A DNA stretch of 61,133 nt, the filler included. It is 13 parts of 13 records of this genome, joined end to end, with 100 filler letters (N's around TTAATTAATTAA, not from the genome) between each part and the next. Parts side by side here need not be neighbours in the genome. Positions count along the whole stretch, not along the records: positions 14,845 to 24,155 come from SRR15195285_10381; positions 24,256 to 28,121 come from SRR15195285_10386; positions 28,222 to 32,314 come from SRR15195285_10416; positions 32,415 to 35,970 come from SRR15195285_10430; 9 more parts are not named here. One strand, written 5' to 3'. Below the pieces are notes generated by a model. That model had not been told where the DNA came from. It saw only the letters and a list, made by a program, of their open reading frames with translations, and ran no database searches. The position numbers and the translations under genes are program-made. This document shows positions 23,001-32,713 of the stretch, piece by piece (positions within the stretch are counted from its first letter, which is position 1; each line of letters begins with the position of its first letter).

Positions 23001-24155
23001 TCGCGCGCCTTCTCCTCGCTACTTTGCAGGTCAAACCCATCCCACGTCCGGTACCAGCACTCGCTGAGACTACGTCTGCCTCCTCGCCGGATTGCACCTC
23101 GGGACGGCTCCAGCTCACTTGCATTGCAGCGACGTACCACGTTCCTGTGCCCAGTCTCGTCATTGATCCGCAGCATCCGCGCAAAGTCAACGATGAACGA
23201 ACCACTTGGCACTCCCTCCAGCACAACCTCGCCTTCTGGGTCCATATCAAATGCTGCGTCAAGTACTCCTTGGGATCGTTCGTCAAAGCGTTTCCATCCT
23301 CCGCCAGGGCTGTGACGGTGGCGATCGTCTTCTTGCCAGAACCACATCTCCACATCAGACCGGTCCATGTCTGGCTGTACCTCGACAGTAACAGTGAACT
23401 CTGCGCGAGGGCGTGCAAGCCGCAAGTAGTCAGACCAGGTATTCACCTCCTCGCCGTCGACGTGAGTAATTCTGTAGCCTGCACGAATCCCGTTTTCGTA
23501 TGCGACAGACCCAGGCTCCGCGTCCGCGACAATCAATTCGCTTCGGTGGACAGTGTAGCCAGCTCGCGCCTCGTCGTTGCGCACAACCGCAATATTCAAC
23601 GTGGCTCCGTCCGGCAGGTCGTCTTCGCGAGTTGACTGGAGAGCTGGGGCTATCTCAGGGGCGGGTTCCATCTGCCGTCTCTCGATGATCCGGTATTCAA
23701 CATCGCCAGAGCTCAGAAGAACTGAAACTTGCTGGCCTGACGAGTATCGGAACACGTGCCGGCCTGTCTCAGCATCGAAAGACTCGACCTCTGCTCGACG
23801 CCATCTCGACGAGGACGAGGACATGACCTCAACTGTGCAGCCGATCAGATCCTGACAGAATGAAAGGAATCTTGGGTCAGTGCAGCGCACGTTTTGGAGC
23901 ACCAGTCTCTCGAGCTCTGCGGCACTAAGAATACCATCGACGAGATATTGCTTGAGTGGTAGGTTCGAGTTGAACCGTGCCGAATCCTCGGCTTGTGTGA
24001 AGCAGACGCTAATTGGTTTCCCGTAGAAAGATCTGCCAGCAAACGACGTCCAAGAGATGCTCTCACGATGAAAATGCCAAACTGGAAGCATGTCGGTACT
24101 GGCAACAACGTCGTGCAACCTACTGAGGAGATTGATAAAGCCAAGACTTTTGTAC
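20075..24155 (-). CDS. TRIP12/UFD4-type HECT E3 ubiquitin ligase with Tudor-like, PDZ, WWE and SH3 domains (5' truncated)
   Basis: FENPAMSRKLEEQLSDP..LPSWC..FLF..RERFLHATAFG (UFD4/TRIP12-like); HECT end GSTCSYRLHMP with catalytic Cys; SH3 LEFKEGDVIEV..GWWTGRLDGKRGLIPADFV; WWE WFWQE..WKRFD..IVDFARM; frame open to the spacer. Confidence 0.9.
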
Positions 24156-24324
24156 NNNNNNNNNNNNNNNNNNNNNNNNNNNNNNNNNNNNNNNNNNNNT
24201 TAATTAATTAANNNNNNNNNNNNNNNNNNNNNNNNNNNNNNNNNNNNNNNNNNNNAATCGAATTCTGTATGTGGACTGCCGCGCGGCCGGTGATTCTGAA
24301 TTTCTGGATGGACCTTACCGACAC

Positions 24325-24340
24325 TTAACACCGGTGTTAA
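24325..24340. promoter_or_regulatory. 16-bp perfect palindrome upstream of the esterase-GH59 gene
   Basis: TTAACACCGGTGTTAA about 130 nt upstream of ATG 24473. Confidence 0.3.
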
Positions 24341-24472
24341 AAATCCGGTGTGTGGGTCCTCCTGGGGGTGGCAGTGGCCGCGGCGCGGGTCGCGTCTGTG
24401 CGCGCCGATACGATAGTTAACGGAAGTTCAAGCAAGTTCTACGGCTCTAGTTAACCACGTCCGTCGTCGTGA

Positions 24473-27400
24473 ATGTGGCTGGTCGGCGCCAGGCTGAACC
24501 TCGTGGCCCTCATCCTCTGGGCGTCGGTGGTGGCTGCAGATGCTCCGCCGCCGATCGTGCACAGCGACGCAACATTTACTGTCGACGCGCGGTTGGGGGT
24601 CCCGTACGCGATGGGCGTGCTGTGCGACCCGAAGCCTTGCATGAAGCACGCAGCCGGCGCGGCGTCCGCATCAGGGCGCAGTGGACAGCCAAAAGACGGA
24701 GGCTACGACTGCAGCGTGTGCCAGCAGCCAGAGCCCGTGGGCACGAAGCCAATTCCGCCGTCCATAGGCTGCCCATCGCCGCGGTTGTTCAACCTGACGC
24801 TAGATCTGTACACTCCCATAGGAGTACCGTCGTCGCTGGGCCTACGGCCTGCCTTCGTCGCGACGCACGAAGGTGGCTACGCCTCTGGCACTGAGCAGGG
24901 CTGTCTCCTCTCCGGGCTTCCGGTCGACCCGGCGCGGTCAGCGTCAGGCCCGTATGGTGGGCACGAAGGTGAGATGACGGCGGCCTGCCGCCACTTTGCG
25001 GCGCGGGGCTTCGTCTGCATCACGATGACGTATCGCCTCACCAACTCGCAGACAGGCGGAGCGCTGGCTCCCTCCAACTGGAGCGGGATCCCGTCACCTC
25101 TCAACAAGACGTGGCTGGGCGGCTTCAAGCCGAAGCCTCAGGCGATCTACCCCGCGGTTCGCGACACAAAGGCTGCAATTAGGTGGCTCCGCGGTCACGC
25201 TGCCGAGCTGAACATCGCCAAAGAGCATTTCGGCGCTGGTGGCTGGAGCGCCGGCGCCTGTTCCACGGTTTTTCTCGCGAGCCAGAAGGAGCCAGACTTC
25301 ACACACGAGATGGATACTACCACTGACCCTACCTTCAACTCACTGACACCGCATCTGAGCGAGTCAGCTTCGATTCAGGCTGGAGTGGTGTGGGCAGGCA
25401 ACGCAGTCGTGACGGACACGATCGATGCCCTTGGCGCCACACCTGGTGGACACTACGGCAGCAGCAACGCGCCGCTCGCCATGTATCGCGGCTCAGACGA
25501 TGGGACTATGACTCCGTGGGCCCAGGCTGAAGTTCAGAAGCACTTCAACAGCAGCGGCGTGCAATGCGACCTTTTCACGGCACCGAATGCAACACATTCT
25601 GGGCTATTTCCTGCACCAACGGTAGGCCTGAAGAATGGGATGCAGCTTCCGCCACCACTGAAGCCAGTGCTCAATCACTCGTTCGATTGGATTGTCTCCG
25701 CGATGAAGTTGAACCTGGCCGCTCCCAAGTTCAAGTCGGATGACGACGTAATGATGCCCTCGCTGCTTGGTGACGACGTGCCGCGGACGTCTGTCACTGT
25801 CGATATGAGTGGTGTTGCATCTTCATCCTATACCTACGATGGTCACGGGGGCATCGCCGATGCAGGATCATCTCGGCTCCTGATGGACTATCCGGAGCCT
25901 CAGCGCAGCCACATACTGGATTACTTGTTCCTGCCATCTTTTGGCGCCAGCCTTCACACGCTGAAAGTTGAGGTCGCGGGCGATGTTCAGAGCGGTATTG
26001 GCACCGGGCCGAGCCATATGCACCACAGACACGATCTCAGCTGCGAGCGTGGCAACGTGGCGTGGCTAGTTCGCGAGGTGAAGAAGCGCAACCCCAAGGC
26101 CTCAATCTACGGCCTCCCGTGGGGAATGCCTGCATGGGTCGGTGGTGGCAACTACTGGTCTGAGGACTCGCAGCACTACCTCCTGACGTGGCTCAGGTGC
26201 GTGCGGGATGCAGCTAACGGCACCATCGTCGATTATCTAGGACTCTGGAATGAACCGCACTGGCGGTCCGACTACTGGGGCGGTGCAAACTACACCAAAG
26301 GCTTGCGAAAGCTGCTAGACAATAATGGCTTTCTCCAGACAAAGCTTGTGCTTTTGGACGACGCGCCGCAGTACTCTGGTGCCGGCGGTCTGCCTGTGGA
26401 CTTTCTGCAGGCATTGAAGGACGACCCAGAGTTCCGAGCTGCAGTCGATGTGGTCGGGTACCATTACTGTTGCGACGACTTCGGACGCAACGGACATGCG
26501 GCGCTGGACGCAATTAAGCCTGGCATCAAGGTGTGGGAAAGTGAGGCTCACGATGGCCTTTGGGAGCAGGCTTTAGTGACGTCATTCACAAACTCGAGGA
26601 AGACTGCCGAGATTGACTGGGCCCTGATTTGGTCCGCGTACTACCCAGAAGATGTTGATGGTGGCTCTGGGCTCTTCTGGGCATTCGAACCTTGGTCCGG
26701 ACATTACATGCTGGATGCGGGTGCGACAACATGGCAAGGACAGTCGCCAGTTTGGAAAGCTGCACATTTTTGCCAGTTTGCCGAGCCAGGATGGAAATAC
26801 GTTGACCACGCGGATGGCAACCTCACGGGTGGGGGAGCGTTCCTCACCCTCGCTGGACAGGCGAACGCTTCGGCACATGCTGGTTTAGACTTCACCATCA
26901 TCCTGCAGACGCACTCAAACATTACATGTACTGCGAAGCCGGCGGCTACTATGCAGGTGGTGAGCATCTCGCTGCGCGGGCATTGGTGCCCACAGGGCTG
27001 TGCGCTGCAGCAGTGGACCTCGAACTCAACGCATGACTTTGTACGCGAGGCAGATGTGACCGTTGCGCCGTACACCGCTGGTGTAGAGCGGACTGTCTCT
27101 GTGGTGCTACGGGCCGCATCGTCCTACACGCTCTCTACCATACAGACTGCAAACAAAGGTCGCCACCCGCAGCCGCCGCCACGAATCGACTTCCCTTTTC
27201 CGTTCGCTCAGGACTTTGAGGGCCTCAGCAACGACACTCTCGCTCCTTTCGTGTCCGACAACAGTGGTTCGTTTACTGTGGAACATGGTGCAGGGCGAGG
27301 CGTTGGTGGTGCGGCACTAAAGCAGCGTGTGACAATGGACCCTGACGTCGGAAATGGCTGGATCTTCGACCAAGATCCGATCACCTTTGTGGGCAGCTAC

Positions 27401-28121
27401 AATTGGACAGATAGCACCCAGAGTGTCGATTTTCGCATTCCAGTGCAGGGACGTGCGGACCAGAACGATGATGCACCGACGGCTGCTTCTCTAGAACCGT
27501 GCTACGATGGCGTGGAGGACGAGTGGACCTTCTTGGACGGGCAGATAGCGCAAAATGGAACGTGTCTCGGTGCACTTCAGTGCGATTCGAGCAAGCTGAT
27601 GGTTTTCAATTGCAATGACACAGCCACGGACATTTCATGCAGTAGGTTCACGCTCAAGCCCAGTGGACAATTGGTGCACAATGCAAGTGGACTCTGCGTC
27701 AGCGTGTGTGGTGGCCAACCTTGGACATGTGGTGCTACTACACCTCCGCCTCCAGTACTCTCGACCTCGGGTCTGCAGAAGGTGACTAGTGGCAGTGGAT
27801 TGTTCGAGCAGATCGCAGAGCTTGCACCGTGCGAAGTGTCGCCGTCGTCACGACAGAAGTGGGCTTACACCGTGGCATCAAAGCAGCTCACCACACAGGC
27901 TGTATCTGGCGACTTTGGCACTGACTGTCTCTCGACAAAGATGCGTCACCCATCCAATCGGCCGGCTTATGCTGCTGTCTGCTCTAGATTCTGGATGATG
28001 TGGAACAACAATGCTGCACCACAGGCTGGGTACTGCCTGGAGGCATGGCAGAACGGCACTTGGATTCTGCGGGGCGCTGGAATTCCATACCTATCAACGT
28101 CGCCCGCAGGCAGTGAGGAGG
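24473..28121 (+). CDS. Secreted fusion or polyprotein: alpha/beta-hydrolase esterase + GH59 galactocerebrosidase-like enzyme + ricin-B-like lectin region (3' truncated)
   Basis: Signal peptide; esterase HEGGY, GWSAG, GSDD, ATHSG; linker PKFKSDDD; GH59 SSRLLMDYPEPQRSHILDYLFLPSFGASLHTLKVEV..PSHMH, WNE and WESE catalytic motifs; Cys/QxW-type lectin region. Confidence 0.92.
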
Positions 28122-28394
28122 NNNNNNNNNNNNNNNNNNNNNNNNNNNNNNNNNNNNNNNNNNNNTTAATTAATTAANNNNNNNNNNNNNNNNNNNNNNN
28201 NNNNNNNNNNNNNNNNNNNNNAAATCACGTCGGCCAGCAGTATCGCTGTGGCCCCGGCGCGCGCGCGCCAGTCGTCCGCGCGGTCGAGGGCCCATCCCGC
28301 GATCGGCTATACCCTAGCTCGTGACGCGCCTTAAACGCTCCCGCGCCGGCCGATCGGCCGCGCGCTGCACTGCATATCCATACTCAAATACCGT

Positions 28395-30395
28395 ATGTTG
28401 GTTCGGCTGCTGCTGGTAGCGCCGGCGGTCGCTGCCCTCATCATTGGCGTCGCGCGGAGCCAGGTGGTGCTGAACGAGGTCTTGGCAAACCCGGACGCTG
28501 AGCCGGCTGAAGAATGGGCGGAGCTCTACAACGTGGGCAGCGAGGAGGTGGAACTAGGGGGCTGGTCGCTCTCCGATAGCAACGGGCACGGCTCCAGTGG
28601 CAGCGTCACGCTCGAACCTGGAACGAACATCGCTCCGGGTGACCATCTGGTCGTCGTGCTCCGGGCCAGTGATGGCCTCCTGAACAATGGTGCAGACGAT
28701 GTTGAGCTCTACAACCCGAACGGCGAGCTGGTGGACGAGATCACGTGGACGAACGCTCATGGAGACCTCTCGCTGTCGCGGGTGCCAGATGGTGGTGAGT
28801 GGTCTGCAAACTGGGCTGCACCGACACGTGGCGAAACCAATGGCGCCGCCTCGACCTCGTCGGTAGCTGGTGGGCTGGCTGCATCTCTCGCCACTTCCAC
28901 ACCTGCCGGCGGCGTGGCCAGCTGCGCCACTTCGTCCCATGCACCACTGCGGGTTGGGAGCTGGAACATTCAAAATTTTGGCAACGCGAAGAGTGGCCGT
29001 CCTGCAGTGATGGACACCATCGGTGGGGTCGCGGCACGCTACGACGTGCTGTCGGTGCAGGAGCTTAGCCAAATGCCGACGAATCCTGGCCCATGCTCGG
29101 TCGACGGCACCACTGGCGCTGCGGCCTGTAGCTTACTGGCTGCATTGAATGTCGCAGCTGCGCCGCGCACCTTTGCGCTGGCCGCTTCTCCTAGAGCTTG
29201 CACCGTCGATTCTTGCACTGCCGAAACTTATAACGAGCAGTACATGGCCGTGTGGGACGTCGAGAAGATTGAGTTGCTGTCCTCCGCTGTATACCCGGAC
29301 CCCGATGGAGAGTTCGAGCGAGATCCGTGGGCTGTCCATCTTCGTGAGATAACGAGTGAGACTGAATTTGCACTTCTGGCGATCCATACTCCACCATCTG
29401 CCGCAGAAGCGGAGGTGCTAGCGATGGGCAGTGTGCTGTCCTGGGCGGCGACATCGCTTTGCGACAACGTCTTACTCGTCGGCGACTTCAACGCGGATGG
29501 CTCATACGCGAACGAAGACGTGGTATGGTCGACCTTATTTGCAGAGACGCACGAGTCTAGTACGCTCGGTAATGCCTTCGTTCAGGTGGTGGACAACGCT
29601 GTGGACACGACTGTAGCAGCCAGCTCGAATACCTACGACCGGATCATCATCTCAGCCTCACTCCAGAGTGCCTCGATTGCGGCAGGCGGTGGCGTCGGCA
29701 CCGTGTTCGCTTTTGACCAGGAGCTCGATCTTTCAGGGGTCTGGACAGAAGGATGTGGATCCGCGGATTACATATCTGCCGCTGACTGCGCGGAGCGCTC
29801 CATAATGAGTGCCACACAAGACAGCCGGCTGGCGGCCCAGGAAATTTCGGATCACCTTCCGGTAGAGCTAACGCTCTGTCTCGAGGCCGCTCCCGCGCCA
29901 CCAGCCACCTGCGACGCCTTTACATGCCCCACTGGTGAGGCGCTCATGGGCGATGTCAGCACTATTGGGTGTGCAGGAGCAACTTGCACTGCTTCAGAAT
30001 GCTGCGAAGCTGCTCACATGCCACCAGCCACCTGCGATGACTTCACGTGTCACGACGGCGACGTGCTCATGGGCGACGCTAGCACCATTGGGTGTGCAGG
30101 AGCAACTTGCACTGCATCAGAATGCTGCATTCCGTCGTGCGGCGATGCAAGACAGGAGACGCATTTGCACGCGACCGAGGATGCCGATGCGTTTGCGCTG
30201 TCTGACTGTGCTGAAGGGCTTGTGCTGAAGAGCGACCCACTGACCATCGGCTGCCCGAGTGGAACCTGTGCATCGGATGACTGCTGTGAAGCTCCTCCCA
30301 TGCCATCTACTGACGATACTGGCTCATCTAGCGCGCCTCGCGCTTATGCCGCTATGGCAGTGGGAGCCGCGGCGGTTTTGGCGTCAAAACTGTAG
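28395..30395 (+). CDS. Lamin-tail domain + DNase I-like (EEP) nuclease with Cys-rich repeats and putative GPI signal
   Basis: Signal peptide; VVLNEVLANP..EWAELYN..LGGWSLSD (LTD); WNIQNFG, QE, ERDP, IHTPP, GDFNAD, YDRI, SDHLPV (DNase I); hydrophobic C-terminus after a Ser-rich spacer. Confidence 0.9.
   Translation: MLVRLLLVAPAVAALIIGVARSQVVLNEVLANPDAEPAEEWAELYNVGSEEVELGGWSLSDSNGHGSSGSVTLEPGTNIAPGDHLVVVLRASDGLLNNGADDVELYNPNGELVDEITWTNAHGDLSLSRVPDGGEWSANWAAPTRGETNGAASTSSVAGGLAASLATSTPAGGVASCATSSHAPLRVGSWNIQNFGNAKSGRPAVMDTIGGVAARYDVLSVQELSQMPTNPGPCSVDGTTGAAACSLLAALNVAAAPRTFALAASPRACTVDSCTAETYNEQYMAVWDVEKIELLSSAVYPDPDGEFERDPWAVHLREITSETEFALLAIHTPPSAAEAEVLAMGSVLSWAATSLCDNVLLVGDFNADGSYANEDVVWSTLFAETHESSTLGNAFVQVVDNAVDTTVAASSNTYDRIIISASLQSASIAAGGGVGTVFAFDQELDLSGVWTEGCGSADYISAADCAERSIMSATQDSRLAAQEISDHLPVELTLCLEAAPAPPATCDAFTCPTGEALMGDVSTIGCAGATCTASECCEAAHMPPATCDDFTCHDGDVLMGDASTIGCAGATCTASECCIPSCGDARQETHLHATEDADAFALSDCAEGLVLKSDPLTIGCPSGTCASDDCCEAPPMPSTDDTGSSSAPRAYAAMAVGAAAVLASKL
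29898..30128 (+). repeat. Intragenic tandem duplication (123-bp period) encoding a Cys-rich module
   Basis: CCACCAGCCACCTGCGA..GGGTGTGCAGGAGCAACTTGCACTGC..GAATGCTGC at 29898 and 30021; a more diverged third copy follows. Confidence 0.9.
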
Positions 30396-30566
30396 GTATA
30401 CCTGCCATGTATAGAATTGTAAGGGCGTGCAGCCAAAAGAATGTTGTGCAAACAATGAGAACATCGTCATAAATTTGTCGCACTTGTACGTCTATATGCT
30501 GTGACGCTGCGGCTCCTCGCGCGTCGCAAAGCCTACGCGTCCGCTGTCATCTCCCCTCAGCACCTC

Positions 30567-31483
30567 CTACACGAACTGGGCCCGAGGACGGGTGGCACTT
30601 TGGAATGATGGATGAGCAGACCCTGAACGGGCCTGAAGGTCTTGCGTGTGGATGGCCGGGCAAAATGTACTGTAGGGGGTCCCTGACATGGTCCATGTCA
30701 GGGGGCATACGGCCCGCCTGCTGGGCAGCAGAATGCGCACCATCGTGTATGTTGGAAAGCTTAGTCGGCGGCACAAGTCTGGTTTATGCAAGCTGCCACA
30801 TCGTGCCCTACCATACTGCTCGGGTCTAGCTAGACATTGGCATCACAGGCTGTAGACACCTGCTGCGCAGAGGTCCATTCACCGGTAGTATGCTACCATA
30901 GCTGTCTCTTCGTACGCGTCCATCACCATGGGCTCGGTGGCCCGCGCGTGGCGCCTCTCTCTGCTGCAGTACCACTCCACAAGCTGCTGCTCACCCTCGC
31001 TGGTGTATGTGGCAAAGGAGTCGAAGGCCGGTGCGTAGTAGTCTGTCATCAGGTAGGCTTTGTAATTGGACGTCTGGCCACCACCGCACCACACCAAGCG
31101 CGCAGTCCGTCAGCGTGAGGCGGATACAGAGCGACGACTCTAGCGGTGGGCAACAAGGCTGCTCAATGGTTGCAGAATCCTTCAGCATAAAAGAGAATTG
31201 AGGCAGCGACCGTGCAATGCACAGATTGAGACAACCCAGCATGTGCTCTGCTTGTGGACGTGTAAGCTCATATTCCCTCGTGCTCGCCGAACCGGAAGGA
31301 AGGCGAAGGCGAAAGCAAACGGGCGAAGGCACGACCTACCATCGACGGCTCCCCTATTCGTGGGATCCCTTCCTCCACTCCCGCGTCCCCCGGCACTAGG
31401 CCCGTCCTCGTTGACTGCGCCCGCTTGCTTCGCACACTACTATCCCTATCCACCTCCCGCGGCCTCGCTGCGCAGCAGTCCAT
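30567..31483 (-). CDS. Small multi-exon hypothetical protein
   Basis: Tentative model: MDCCAARP.., then TSNYKAYLMTDYYAPAF..AYYR, then RAVCPLTW..QFV*; plausible GT-AG junctions, no recognised domain. Confidence 0.35.
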
Positions 31484-32272
31484 GCCCACCACAGATCGAA
31501 GCAAGGTTGCTGCGCCACCCCACAATCCACGTCAACCAACCCCCACACGGCCCTCTACCGTGTCTGGACCGCAAATGCGCCTCGAGAAGCCCTGCCGGCT
31601 AGATGCACCGGAATACCGTACAGCCTGCTGAGGCTGTGTCGCAATGGCTAAGGACGCGATGCACGCACGCGCGGGCGGAGCCGCCTCGGGTCAAGTCACG
31701 CAGGCTCGGCGGTACTAGATTAGTATCGACTAGATATAGTAGGACCGCGTGTACTAGTACGTATTAGTGACCGCGTAAGCGCGTCGATACGGCTGTAGGA
31801 TAGCCGTCGTCGCGGTACAACGACCCGCGGGGTGTGGCGGGCACGCGCGCGGCACACGGATTTCTAGATTGTTCCGCATCGATCGGCCGACGCGGGTCCC
31901 TTGTGCACTGCTTGAGATGTCGTTTTCAATTAACTGATATTTTACTTAAAAGATTATCAAATTAGAGCTGAAAAGTGCGAGCTTGTAATTGTGCTGCGGA
32001 ACCGTGCGGAGCGCGTCGATGCGCGCGCACCGGCGCCGGGAGCATCCCGGTGTGCCGGGTGAATATATATATAATTGCGCGCGCGGTCGTCGGTACGTAC
32101 CAGGATCCTATACACAGTACTATTATAGTATAGTACCGCGCGCTCCGCGGTCCGCTGTGAATAGTACTATATCTAGATCTCTAGAGTGCATAAGTACTAC
32201 CTCAGGTATGCATCGAGTACCGATGTATACTATTATACTAGTAGTAGTACATGTTACCCGATGAGTACGGTA

Positions 32273-32302
32273 TGACAATGACAGTGACAATGACAATGAC
32301 AA
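32273..32302 (+). repeat. (TGACAA)5 microsatellite
   Basis: Five hexamer copies, one TGACAG variant, next to a contig end. Confidence 0.85.
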
Positions 32303-32713
32303 TACATTAAGGACNNNNNNNNNNNNNNNNNNNNNNNNNNNNNNNNNNNNNNNNNNNNTTAATTAATTAANNNNNNNNNNNNNNNNNNNNNNNNNNNNNN
32401 NNNNNNNNNNNNNNCGTCCGGCTCATCGATCGAATTAGCCACCATTGCTGCCTCCGAAGTATTACAATTTACATGTATTCGAATTATCAGCAACGGTTAC
32501 GGCAGTGCCCAGATTGCACTAAGAGAATTGCGGAATACTCGAGATCCCGGCGCTTGGCCGCGCGCGCTGCTGGAAGACACTAGACACCCCGTGGACCAGG
32601 ACGGCGGAGGCGGTCTGGTGCTAGGTGGGTGGTGTGCCTGCGTGACGTGGTGGCGGGGCGGTGGGGGATGTAGGGGCAGTTTTTGCTTGGGAGCTGTGTG
32701 AGTGCGGGGGGAG

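Noticed and set aside
32273-32302. (TGACAA)n as a telomere repeat
   Set aside because: Only five copies, no G-rich telomeric pattern, and followed by unique sequence before the spacer.
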